Shown here piece by piece: positions 54,899 through 63,683 of a stretch of 64,000 nucleotides of DNA. The DNA is from Chlamydiota bacterium (GTDB taxonomy: Bacteria > Chlamydiota > Chlamydiia > Chlamydiales > RGXB01). The notes under the pieces are model-generated. The model saw only the letters and a list, made by a program, of their open reading frames with translations, was not told the origin of the DNA and ran no database searches. Both the position numbers and the translations under genes were made by a program. Numbering within the stretch: position 1 is the stretch's first letter; the number at the start of each line of letters is the position of its first letter. The stretch is from the NCBI GenBank assembly GCA_947494155.1, contig CANLTW010000001.1:84231-148230 (forward strand), written 5' to 3'.

Positions 54899-54941
54899 CT
54901 AGAGATAGGCTTTTTAGCTTTTGATTCAGCTTACCCGTTTT

Positions 54942-55919
54942 TCAAGTGTTTAAAAAAGAGGCCAACTGGTGTAAAATTTTTCTATGTCCAGATGAAAACG
55001 GCCTCTTTAAGCACTCTTCGAGGGTGAAAAACTCTAAATCCTCCTTAAATGCATCGAGTTTTTTTATATTTGCTATCAGATGAAATCGATAAAAAGTAGC
55101 CGTTGCGGTTACCATTTTAAAAGGCCCTTGTTTGCAGAGGGCAAGAAATTCTTTTTCACTAATCTCTTCCTCTTCAAAAAGATAAAGATCTCTAAAAAGC
55201 TCCTTTTCTCCCTTTTTGCGTATACCGAAAAGATTCTTATGCTCATAAAGGTGCACCTCTTTATACACTTTTTGAGCCTCTTTCCTTTTTTTGGTGCTTA
55301 AAAAATTATCCACAGCTCCCCCTTTATACGCCTGGCAACCTTGAGCTAACGGGCATAGGGCACAGTCGGCCTTTTTTTTACAAATGGTTGCCCCAAGTTC
55401 AATAAGCGCTTCTGCTATTTCAAACGGACGATAAGAACTTAACTCCTCTTCTCCCCTTCTTTTGCACTCCTTAAGGTCAGTTGAGGCATAATACCTGGAT
55501 AAAACCCTATCCACATTCGCATCTACTGCTATCACCTTTTTTTGGAAGGCAAAACTTAATAGGGCATCCGCTGTATAGGGGCCAATCCCTTTGATAGCAG
55601 TCAACGAATGGAAGTCCTCCGGAAATGTTTCAGAGAGTATCTCTGCAGCTTTGTGGATGTTTCTAGCTCTTGAATAGTATCCCAAGCCCTCCCAAGCTTT
55701 GAGCACCGTCTCTATGGGGGCTTTTTTTAAATCCTGTATTGTAGGAAAAAGTCTCATCCATCGGTTGAAATACTCAACGACAACATCTGCCCGGGTTTGT
55801 TGGAGCATCACCTCCGAAATCCAAACTCTGTAAGGGGTGATCTCTTTTCTCCACGGAAACTCTCTCTTTGTTTCTAGGAACCATTTTCGTAAAGATTCTT
55901 GATCGGTTTTAAAAGACAT
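54942..55919 (-). CDS. mutY: A/G-specific adenine DNA glycosylase MutY
   Basis: HhH-GPD motifs VWISEVMLQQTRADVV and GIGPYTADA. Four-Cys cluster CKKKADCALCPLAQGC. Confidence 0.88.
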   Translation of the reverse strand: MSFKTDQESLRKWFLETKREFPWRKEITPYRVWISEVMLQQTRADVVVEYFNRWMRLFPTIQDLKKAPIETVLKAWEGLGYYSRARNIHKAAEILSETFPEDFHSLTAIKGIGPYTADALLSFAFQKKVIAVDANVDRVLSRYYASTDLKECKRRGEEELSSYRPFEIAEALIELGATICKKKADCALCPLAQGCQAYKGGAVDNFLSTKKRKEAQKVYKEVHLYEHKNLFGIRKKGEKELFRDLYLFEEEEISEKEFLALCKQGPFKMVTATATFYRFHLIANIKKLDAFKEDLEFFTLEECLKRPFSSGHRKILHQLASFLNT

Positions 55920-56913
55920 GGTAGGTAAAGGGTCTATGGCATCAATAGGTTTAATCTACGGCAGCCGTTTTGAGGATATCGACCACATGGCTCCTTTAAT
56001 GGAGATCTTAGGTCTCCCCTTATTTGTTACGGATGAAAAAATCTTGGAAATTATAAGGACTTTTTATCCTGCTGTCAATGTGCAAATCTACGCTCCTCCT
56101 CTCTTAGGCAAAGCCCTCCTTAAAGAGGGAAATACCCTCATCTCGTGCCTACTCACCACAAAAATTAGACGCCTTTTTGGCCTTGAGGAGATGATGGAAA
56201 AAAGGGCTTTACATACCGTTTTTGTCCCTCACGGATATGCCCAAGAGGATCTTTCCAGGGGAATTTTGGGAGAAAAGCACATCCTTGTTCTGGGAAAAAA
56301 AATGGTGGATTTGCTCTATTCACTTACCACTATGTACAATTTTAAAACTCTTGTCAGCATCGGAAACTATCGCTATCTGTATTTCAAAAAACACCAGACA
56401 TTTATGGAAGAAAAGATCGAGCGCCCCTTTTCTTTTGCAAAAGAACACAAGGCTCTTTTTTTTCCAACAAATCTGGAGGACCCTTCACACATCGCTTTTT
56501 TAAGGGATCATCTGAAAGAGGGTTGGAAACTGTTTGTTAAGTACCACGCAAAAACTTTCAATGATCTTTTCGATAGGGCGATCCATTCAGAGGAGAAATT
56601 AGACACCCCTTATGTCTACCCCTACTTAGAAAAAGGGTCTCTTTTTGTTGTTGAGGACTCTAATGCGGTTTACGATGCCCTATTCTTCAACACACCCACC
56701 TTTTTTTTCAAAGATCATCCAGAACTTGATACCCTGGGAATCCGATTTCAAGAGAATTTGGACAAGAGTTTGAAAAAAGTAGAAAATCTACAAATAAAGA
56801 AAAAAGAGATTCTCCCGTATGCATTTGATCAGTATAATTCTTTAGATGAGATCAAAATAAGAGTACTTGCTCTTTTAAAGGACATCAACGAAGGTGACGA
56901 CACCATCTATTAG
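55918..56913 (+). CDS. TagB/TagF-like putative glycerol/ribitol-phosphotransferase-fold protein (paralogue 1)
   Basis: Ordered motifs VFVPHGY, LFFPTNLED, FVKYHAK and VVEDSNAVYDALFFNTPTFFFKD resemble WHG, PTWR, HP and TDYSS..FD...KP..F..D of the CDP-glycerol glycerophosphotransferase family, from memory. Confidence 0.4.
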   Translation: MVGKGSMASIGLIYGSRFEDIDHMAPLMEILGLPLFVTDEKILEIIRTFYPAVNVQIYAPPLLGKALLKEGNTLISCLLTTKIRRLFGLEEMMEKRALHTVFVPHGYAQEDLSRGILGEKHILVLGKKMVDLLYSLTTMYNFKTLVSIGNYRYLYFKKHQTFMEEKIERPFSFAKEHKALFFPTNLEDPSHIAFLRDHLKEGWKLFVKYHAKTFNDLFDRAIHSEEKLDTPYVYPYLEKGSLFVVEDSNAVYDALFFNTPTFFFKDHPELDTLGIRFQENLDKSLKKVENLQIKKKEILPYAFDQYNSLDEIKIRVLALLKDINEGDDTIY

Positions 56914-57742
56914 GGGTATTCTAGCCTCTTTCCCCCACCACCTGGATCATTTAGCCCCCCTCTCTTTCTACGAAAAGATCCCCCTTTTAGTGCGTAATAA
57001 CGAAACTGAGGAGGCGCTCCTCGATTTTTACCCTTGGGTCCCCTACTATCGCCTAGAAAATTTCCCAAAAATTCACGATCTGGACGCTTATATCAGCACC
57101 TCTACAAGCGAAACACCTTTGCGGGAGTTGCATCATGCGCTGTATGGTAAAAAACCCAAAATGGTCCGTTTTCACCACGGTTTCTCCGATAAATTTCAAG
57201 ATTTTTCTCTTTATGACTCGGTGTTGTCTTATAAGGACTTCCCCAACCATCGACTCCGTTTCTATCATGAGTTTAAAAAAGAAATTTTTGAAAAAGCGAA
57301 ACCTTTTTTACCAGTTCCTGAAACAGCTAAACCCCTTCTCGTAGCTTTAACCTGGGATTCGCCCAACATTGAAGAAAAATTAGTACAGCTTTGCCAGCAC
57401 CCTTTCAAAAAGCGGTTTGTCTTTAGACTGCACCCCATTTTAGCCGAAAGAGAGCTTTTGCATATCCGATTAGAGGCCAAATATTCTATCCAACTCCTTT
57501 CCCATACTTGCCCCTATATTTACCCTTTTTTGGAGCTACATAGCGGAGTTCTCACCGATAGGTCAAGCATCGGATACGATACCCTCTATTTTCACAAGCC
57601 CCTTTTCGTAATGGATGAAGTCCCTTTAAAAAAATTCTCGTTTGATTCTATGGAGAATTGGGTAAAGGCCTGTGATCAAAATAGGGAATCACCCAACTTT
57701 CAACACGAGTACACTAAAATATTCGGCGCTTATCCCCATTGA
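56894..57742 (+). CDS. TagB/TagF-like putative glycerol/ribitol-phosphotransferase-fold protein (paralogue 2)
   Basis: VRFHHGF, LLVALTWDS, FVFRLHPIL and VLTDRSSIGYDTLYFHKPLFVMDE. The N-terminal DHLAPL motif is shared with paralogue 1 (DHMAPL). Confidence 0.45.
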   Translation: MTTPSIRGILASFPHHLDHLAPLSFYEKIPLLVRNNETEEALLDFYPWVPYYRLENFPKIHDLDAYISTSTSETPLRELHHALYGKKPKMVRFHHGFSDKFQDFSLYDSVLSYKDFPNHRLRFYHEFKKEIFEKAKPFLPVPETAKPLLVALTWDSPNIEEKLVQLCQHPFKKRFVFRLHPILAERELLHIRLEAKYSIQLLSHTCPYIYPFLELHSGVLTDRSSIGYDTLYFHKPLFVMDEVPLKKFSFDSMENWVKACDQNRESPNFQHEYTKIFGAYPH

Positions 57743-58677
57743 GGGGGTAAAATCTGGACGTTATCCAGATATTGCAATTCATGGACCGAAGGGGTTGCCG
57801 AGAGCCCGTACGCGTATCCACCCTCTTTGAGAGGATCGATTTTTGTGACCACTCCCACATGTAGTCCTCTTGGAAAAATCCCATCTAAGCCCGTAGTGAC
57901 CAGAAGGTCTCCCACCCGGATCAGGTGCTCTGTTCTTAAATCAAAGGGGCCACCCTCGCTATCTGCAAAATCATAATTGAACCCGTAGCCACTTAAGGTG
58001 TCGTAAGCTACCCTCCAACCCGGATTTGCTACCCCTTGAATCACCCCTTTTGCTAAAAGCGCCCCCCTTAATGGTCTCACCTTCTCCAATAAAACCTGAA
58101 TCCAATCATTGGTGAGCTCTTTATGCTCCTGGTTTTTAAAGATCTCCTCCTCTTTTTCTAAAAGATTCTTAAGCTCATAAAGCCTCTCTTCAAGATAGAT
58201 CCCTTTTTTCCCCCGGTCCACGCGCACAGCTATTTGTAATTTCGGGTCTGTAATTAGACGCACAAGGCTCTTTTTTTCTAGCACCTCCTCGATCACCCCC
58301 ACTACCCCTTTACCTAAAACAACGGGGCTTTTTTTTGCGATGACTGTGGCCCCCAATCGTTTGTTATCCGCCTCTCCCCTGTCTACCCAAAGAAAGGAGC
58401 CGAAAGAGATATTTTCCCTAAAGATCACTTTAGCCTGTATCGCATCCCAGTCTTTTAGGTCGTAGTTAAGCTGGTTGCGTATTGCATCCAACTCATCCTT
58501 CAAAAGAAGATTTTCCAAACTTAGTAGCTCAAGTGTACTATCTCCCCCCGCTTGTGCCGAGCTAAAAAACTTTTGCACGCTCGATCTTAGGCGGATCTCT
58601 TTCACAAAAGGGATTTGAAAAATCAAAAATAGGATCAGAGACAAAAATAAGAGTGTAGAACCTAGTTTTTTATCCAT
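57730..58677 (-). CDS. mreC: Cell-shape determining protein MreC
   Basis: N-terminal TM helix and coiled coil, plus the signature VTTGLDGIFPRGLHVGVV. Confidence 0.85.
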   Translation of the reverse strand: MDKKLGSTLLFLSLILFLIFQIPFVKEIRLRSSVQKFFSSAQAGGDSTLELLSLENLLLKDELDAIRNQLNYDLKDWDAIQAKVIFRENISFGSFLWVDRGEADNKRLGATVIAKKSPVVLGKGVVGVIEEVLEKKSLVRLITDPKLQIAVRVDRGKKGIYLEERLYELKNLLEKEEEIFKNQEHKELTNDWIQVLLEKVRPLRGALLAKGVIQGVANPGWRVAYDTLSGYGFNYDFADSEGGPFDLRTEHLIRVGDLLVTTGLDGIFPRGLHVGVVTKIDPLKEGGYAYGLSATPSVHELQYLDNVQILPPQWG

Positions 58678-59848
58678 GACGCAACCTTGAAAAAACCTGT
58701 TTAAGCCGCCCGATGTTTGCCGAGTTTACCCCTAAAACATTTAATCTCGAGTCATCGAGCAAATATATGCTCTCTTTTCTCAACTCCAGAACCGCATCTT
58801 TAGATATTCCCAGATAGGAAAAAAACCCTTTCGCCTCTTGGAACTCTTTTTTATGCTGAATCCAGCCCCCAAATTCTTTCAGTATTAGCTCTCTCATGGC
58901 ACAGCTTCTCAGCCGGTGCTCCTCGAGCTCATCAAGCCAAAGTTTTTTTCTTTTTAAATCTGTTAATACTGTTTTGACAACCAGTGCACCATGCGCCGGT
59001 GGACTAGAATAATTGCGACGTATGATCTGTTTTATAGTGCTTTGCATCCCCTCATGAGTATGACTCCGATTGACAATCATCAGCGCCCCAACCCTTTCCC
59101 TATAGAGATCCATAGTTTTTGAATAGGAGAAGGCAACGCACATCTCGATCCCGCTTTTAAAAAAGGTGTTGACTGCATACCGGTCTTCATCGATTCCATC
59201 TCCAAGCCCTAGATAAGCGATATCAAAGAGAGGTAAAAGCCCCTTTTTGAGACAACAATCTAAAATTAAATCCCATTCACTGTGGGTAAAATCGATCCCG
59301 GTGGGGTTATGGCAACAGCCATGAAGCAAAAGAATGGATCCTTTCTCCAAACGGTGTAAAAAATCAAAAAACTCGCCCTTTTTGGCCGTGTGTGTTGTCC
59401 GATCATAGTAGGGATAGGTTCTCACCTCAAGACCTGCAGCTTTGAACACACCGTGGTGGTTAGCCCATGTGGGGTCCGAGACATAGATGGGATGATTCCA
59501 CTCCAATCTAAGATAATCGGCAAGCACCCTTAGAGCACCAGTCCCCCCTAAAGTCTGTGCTGCTGTAACCAGAGGAGCATTTTCTAAGAAAAGGAGTTTT
59601 TTCGTCTCCTCAAGAAAGTCATGATCCCCCTCGATAGGAAGGTAAGTTTTGGAGACCTCATTCTCGATTAAAAATTCTTCAGCCTCCTTTACCGCTTTTA
59701 AAACGGGGCACTTCCCCTTTTCATCAAGATAGATACCCATTCCCAAATTTATTTTTTCAGAGTTAGGATCTTTGGCCCACATTCTGCCTATCTCAAGCAC
59801 CGGATCGACAGGTTGTGATCCCACATGTTCAAAAAAAAGATGCGTCAT
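58670..59848 (-). CDS. aspC: Aspartate aminotransferase (class I)
   Basis: 392 aa. PLP-lysine motif SYSKTMDLYRERVGAL and N-terminal VDPVLEIG. Confidence 0.85.
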   Translation of the reverse strand: MTHLFFEHVGSQPVDPVLEIGRMWAKDPNSEKINLGMGIYLDEKGKCPVLKAVKEAEEFLIENEVSKTYLPIEGDHDFLEETKKLLFLENAPLVTAAQTLGGTGALRVLADYLRLEWNHPIYVSDPTWANHHGVFKAAGLEVRTYPYYDRTTHTAKKGEFFDFLHRLEKGSILLLHGCCHNPTGIDFTHSEWDLILDCCLKKGLLPLFDIAYLGLGDGIDEDRYAVNTFFKSGIEMCVAFSYSKTMDLYRERVGALMIVNRSHTHEGMQSTIKQIIRRNYSSPPAHGALVVKTVLTDLKRKKLWLDELEEHRLRSCAMRELILKEFGGWIQHKKEFQEAKGFFSYLGISKDAVLELRKESIYLLDDSRLNVLGVNSANIGRLKQVFSRLRHG

Positions 59849-59962
59849 AGAGCCCCTGAATCAAAAAAAGTTTTTTAAACTATTATCTAAAAGTTCACGA
59901 ATAGAGACAACTAGAAAAGTTGTTTATTGGCATGTATTCTTGGAAGTAAAGAAGGGATGAAA

Positions 59963-60035
59963 TGGAGTATAGCGGACTCGAACCGCTGACCCCAACGCTG
60001 CCAGCGTTGGGGTCTACCAACTGAGCTAATACCCC
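59963..60035 (-). tRNA. tRNA-Ala(GGC)-like, D-stem disrupted (possible pseudo-tRNA)
   Basis: It is identical to the copy at 61824..61896 except for two substitutions (GAGCA becomes GACCC at tRNA positions 22-26). These create a C11-C24 mismatch. G3:U70 is retained. Confidence 0.6.
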
Positions 60036-60042
60036 GTCAGAC

Positions 60043-61710
60043 TTATTCCTTACCCTCAACAGCCTCAAGGAAAGCTTGTAGCTGCTTGGATCGGGTGGGA
60101 TGACGCATTTTTCTCAAAGCTTTGGCCTCAATTTGGCGCACCCTTTCACGAGTTACCTTAAATTGCACACCTACCTCTTCAAGAGTTTTCGGTTTTCCGT
60201 CAAGTAAACCGAAACGTTCGATTAATACTGTACGCTCTCTGTCAGTTAATGTAGAGAGAACTTCGTTTATTTTGTCTTTTAAAATTGAATAGCCGGTGGC
60301 ATCCGCTGGCGATTCTGTAGCGGTATCCTCAAGAAAATCACCAAATTGGCTCTCTCCGCTGTCTCCCACTTCTGCTTGTAAAGAGATGGGGTGTTGAGCG
60401 ATACGATAAATCTCACGCACGCGATCAGGTGTCAACCCAAGCTCTTTTGCCAGCTCTTCTGGAGTAGGCTCTTTACCTGTCTCCATCATGAGCTTTTTGG
60501 CCCCCCTTAATACACGATTGATTGTTTCAATCATGTGCACAGGGATACGGATCGTGCGGGCCTGATCGGCAATAGCTCGTGTTACTGCTTGTCGAATCCA
60601 CCAGGTGGCATAAGTAGAAAATTTATAACCTCGGCGGTATTCAAACTTTTCCACAGCCTTCATTAGCCCCATGTTCCCCTCTTCAATCAAATCCAAGAAA
60701 GAAAGGCCACGGTTAGTGTATTTTTTTGCAATCGAGATCACAAGGCGCAGGTTGGACTCTACCATTTCTCTTTTAGCTTCCTGGCTCTTGTCCATCCAGC
60801 GCTGCAACATGCGGACATCTTTTTTATATTCGTCCAATGTCCTTCCGGCAGCAAGCTCTCTTAAAAAAAGTCGGCGTCTGGCAGAAAAAAGTTTTTGCGC
60901 TGCAAAGCGATTTTTTTCAGCTCTAGGGGTAAGATCTTTGATCTCTTTTTCCAAATGCAAAAGTCTGTCGTAGCTTGAGAGGATTACTTCGCCGAAATCT
61001 TCGATCACCGAATATTTCAGGTGCATGCGTCGCAAGTAGGCTTGAGTTCTTATACGACTTTTTTCTATCGCCTCGAGAACTTTGATCCTTTCTGCCTTGT
61101 TGTTATCCACCTTTTTCATTTTCAAAAGCTGCGGCTCTAAAAAAGCATCCTCTTTAGAAAGGAGCTCCTCTAGCTTAGGCAACAATTGCATGAACTTAGC
61201 GCGGTCTTCCACCTCTTTTTCAGCAGCAATTTTATCAAAACGTTCTTTACCAGCGATAAGGTAACGGATTATGGAGCAAGTCTCCCTTTCGGAATAGCGA
61301 AAGCGCATAATGATTCTTTCGATCTGCATTTGCGCTTTTTCAATCCTTTTGGAAATTTCGACCTCTTCCTCGCGAGTAAGAAGGGGAAAAGAACCCATCT
61401 CTTTGAGATACATCCTAACGGGATCATCTGCAGCTGCATCGGAGCGTTTTGGTAAGAGTTCTAATTCTTTAGCCTCTTTTTTACGCTCTTTTTGCTTCTC
61501 AATCTCTGCTTGATTGTAGATCTGGATATCCATCCCACTCAAGAAAATCAATACTTGATCGATCTCTTCCGCCGTGTCAAATGTCATCGGAAGGATATCA
61601 TTGATCTCTTCGTAGGTGATGAATCCCTGTTCCTTAGCAACAGCGACCAGCTCCTCGATTTTTTGCTGATATTGAGGATCCGTGTGTTGGTTGTCGGATG
61701 GCTTGCTCAT
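60043..61710 (-). CDS. rpoD: RNA polymerase major sigma factor, copy 1 (variant)
   Basis: Regions 1.2 to 4.2 are present ([40 protein letters not shown]). Start taken at MSKPS (ATG 61710), preceded by aaaggagact. The track ORF extends to 61743. Confidence 0.9.
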   Translation of the reverse strand: MSKPSDNQHTDPQYQQKIEELVAVAKEQGFITYEEINDILPMTFDTAEEIDQVLIFLSGMDIQIYNQAEIEKQKERKKEAKELELLPKRSDAAADDPVRMYLKEMGSFPLLTREEEVEISKRIEKAQMQIERIIMRFRYSERETCSIIRYLIAGKERFDKIAAEKEVEDRAKFMQLLPKLEELLSKEDAFLEPQLLKMKKVDNNKAERIKVLEAIEKSRIRTQAYLRRMHLKYSVIEDFGEVILSSYDRLLHLEKEIKDLTPRAEKNRFAAQKLFSARRRLFLRELAAGRTLDEYKKDVRMLQRWMDKSQEAKREMVESNLRLVISIAKKYTNRGLSFLDLIEEGNMGLMKAVEKFEYRRGYKFSTYATWWIRQAVTRAIADQARTIRIPVHMIETINRVLRGAKKLMMETGKEPTPEELAKELGLTPDRVREIYRIAQHPISLQAEVGDSGESQFGDFLEDTATESPADATGYSILKDKINEVLSTLTDRERTVLIERFGLLDGKPKTLEEVGVQFKVTRERVRQIEAKALRKMRHPTRSKQLQAFLEAVEGKE

Positions 61711-61733
61711 AGTCTCCTTTAGTGAAAAAAGGT

Positions 61734-61762
61734 TTTTTATCAACTACCTAGTCCAGTGACAA
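61734..61762 (-). promoter_or_regulatory. Candidate sigma-70-type promoter for rpoD copy 1 (TTGTCA-17-TAAAAA)
   Basis: Read on the minus strand. The -35 hexamer (61762-61757) straddles the edge of the duplicated segment. A Shine-Dalgarno AGGAG follows. Confidence 0.3.
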
Positions 61763-61823
61763 TAGAGACAACTAGAAAAGTTGTTTCTTTACGTGTGTTT
61801 TTAGAATTAAAGAAAGGATTAAA

Positions 61824-61896
61824 TGGAGTATAGCGGACTCGAACCGCTGACCCCAACGCTGCCAGCGTTGTGCTCTACCAACTGAGCTAATACCCC
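61824..61896 (-). tRNA. tRNA-Ala(GGC)
   Basis: Hand-folded. Acceptor GGGGTAT/ATACTCC with G3:U70 and A73. D arm GCTC-AGTTGGTA-GAGC. Anticodon arm CAACG-CTGGCAG-CGTTG. T arm AGCGG-TTCGAGT-CCGCT. Confidence 0.9.
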
Positions 61897-61903
61897 GTCA
61901 GAC

Positions 61904-63571
61904 TTATTCCTTCCCCTCAACAGCCTCAAGGAAAGCTTGTAGCTGCTTGGATCGGGTGGGATGACGCATTTTTCTCAAAGCTTTGGCCTCAATTTGGCGC
62001 ACCCTTTCACGAGTTACCTTAAATTGCACACCTACCTCTTCGAGAGTTTTCGGTTTTCCGTCAAGTAAACCGAAACGTTCGATTAATACTGTACGCTCTC
62101 TGTCAGTTAATGTCGAGAGAACTTCGTTCATTTTATCTTTTAGGATCGAATATCCTGTAGCATCTGCAGGGGACTCGGTAGCGGTATCCTCAAGGAAATC
62201 ACCAAATTGACTCTCTCCGCTGTCTCCCACTTCTGCTTGCAAGGAGATCGGATGTTGAGCAATTCGATAAATCTCACGCACCCTATCCGGAGTCAACCCA
62301 AGCTCTTTAGCAAGCTCCTCGGGCGTCGGCTCCTTACCTGTCTCCATCATGAGCTTTTTAGCGCCCCTTAATACACGGTTGATAGTCTCAATCATGTGTA
62401 CAGGGATACGGATCGTGCGAGCCTGATCGGCAATCGCTCGTGTTACTGCTTGTCGAATCCACCAGGTGGCATAGGTAGAGAATTTATACCCGCGTCGGTA
62501 TTCAAATTTTTCCACCGCCTTCATTAACCCCATGTTCCCCTCTTGGATCAGATCCAAGAAAGAAAGGCCACGGTTCGTGTATTTTTTCGCAATCGAGATC
62601 ACAAGGCGCAGGTTGGACTCTACCATCTCTCTTTTAGCTTCCTGGCTCTTGTCCATCCAGCGCTGCAACATGCGGACATCTTTTTTATATTCGTCCAATG
62701 TCCTTCCGGCAGCAAGCTCTCTTAAAAATAGACGTCGTCTCGCCGAAAAAAGTTTTTGCGCTGCAAAGCGATTTTTTTCTGCTCTTGGAATAAGATCTTT
62801 GATCTCTTTTTCCAAATGCAAAAGCCTGTCATAGCTTGAGAGGATTACTTCGCCGAAATCTTCAATTACCGAATATTTCAGGTGCATGCGTCGCAAGTAG
62901 GCTTGTGTTCTTATACGGCTTTTTTCTATCGCCTCAAGGACTTTGATCCTTTCAGCCTTATTATTTTCCACCTCTTTCATTTTCAGAAGCTGCGGCTCTA
63001 AAAAAGCATCCTCTTTAGAAAGGAGCTCCTCTAGTTTAGGCAATAGTTGCATGAATTTGGCGCGGTCTTCCACCTCTTTTTCGGCAACAATTTTATCAAA
63101 GCGTTCTTTGCCGGAGATGAGATAACGGATGATTGAGCAGGTCTCTCTTTCAGAGTAACGGAAGCGCATGATGATCCTTTCGATCTGCATTTGCGCTTTT
63201 TCGATCCTTTTGGAAATTTCGACCTCTTCTTCGCGAGTAAGAAGGGGGACAGAACCCATCTCTTTAAGATACATCCTAACGGGATCATCTGCAGCTGCAT
63301 CAGAGCGTTTTGGCAAGAGTTCTAATTCTTTAGCCTCTTTTTTACGCTCTTTTTGCTTCTCAATCTCTGCTTGATTGTAGATCTGGATATCCATCCCACT
63401 TAAGAAAATCAATACTTGATCGATCTCTTCCGCAGTGTCAAATGTCATCGGAAGGATATCATTGATCTCTTCGTAGGTGATGAATCCCTGTTCCTTAGCA
63501 ACAGCGACCAGCTCCTCGATTTTTTGCTGATATTGAGGATCCGTGTGTTGGTTTTCGGATGGTTTGCTCAT
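61904..63571 (-). CDS. rpoD: RNA polymerase major sigma factor, copy 2 (canonical motifs)
   Basis: 555 aa counted from MSKPS (ATG 63571; an in-frame ATG at 63577 is also possible). Canonical [11 protein letters not shown] and [17 protein letters not shown]. Confidence 0.92.
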   Translation of the reverse strand: MSKPSENQHTDPQYQQKIEELVAVAKEQGFITYEEINDILPMTFDTAEEIDQVLIFLSGMDIQIYNQAEIEKQKERKKEAKELELLPKRSDAAADDPVRMYLKEMGSVPLLTREEEVEISKRIEKAQMQIERIIMRFRYSERETCSIIRYLISGKERFDKIVAEKEVEDRAKFMQLLPKLEELLSKEDAFLEPQLLKMKEVENNKAERIKVLEAIEKSRIRTQAYLRRMHLKYSVIEDFGEVILSSYDRLLHLEKEIKDLIPRAEKNRFAAQKLFSARRRLFLRELAAGRTLDEYKKDVRMLQRWMDKSQEAKREMVESNLRLVISIAKKYTNRGLSFLDLIQEGNMGLMKAVEKFEYRRGYKFSTYATWWIRQAVTRAIADQARTIRIPVHMIETINRVLRGAKKLMMETGKEPTPEELAKELGLTPDRVREIYRIAQHPISLQAEVGDSGESQFGDFLEDTATESPADATGYSILKDKMNEVLSTLTDRERTVLIERFGLLDGKPKTLEEVGVQFKVTRERVRQIEAKALRKMRHPTRSKQLQAFLEAVEGKE

Positions 63572-63580
63572 ATTCATGAT

Positions 63581-63609
63581 ATTGTTATATGAATATCACT
63601 TAATGTCAA
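63581..63609 (-). promoter_or_regulatory. Candidate promoter for rpoD copy 2 (perfect TTGACA -35; weak -10; no Shine-Dalgarno before the ATG)
   Basis: The minus strand reads TTGACA (63609-63604) ttaagtgatattcatataacaatatc ATG. The -10 assignment is ambiguous (TAACAA or AACAAT at 16-17 nt spacing). Confidence 0.25.
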
Positions 63610-63683
63610 GTTTTGAACAGTCCACCTCCGCTAGCCCTCATAAAAGAAAAAAAAGGGGGGAGCCTTCTGACGCCCGTTTTCGT

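Larger units (their letters stand above)
59900..63571. repeat. Tandem direct repeat: two 1811-bp homologous segments (59900-61710 and 61761-63571), period 1861 bp
   Basis: Hand alignment. Each segment contains a short hairpin, tRNA-Ala and rpoD. A unique 50-bp junction lies at 61711-61760. Confidence 0.9.

Noticed and set aside
60671-62834. 100-aa ORFs antisense to both rpoD copies (60671..60973 and 62532..62834), apparently conserved because they occur twice.
   Set aside because: They are present twice only because rpoD is duplicated. Differences that are mostly synonymous in the rpoD frame produce about 6 amino-acid changes in the antisense frame, so there is no sign of constraint on the antisense reading frame.
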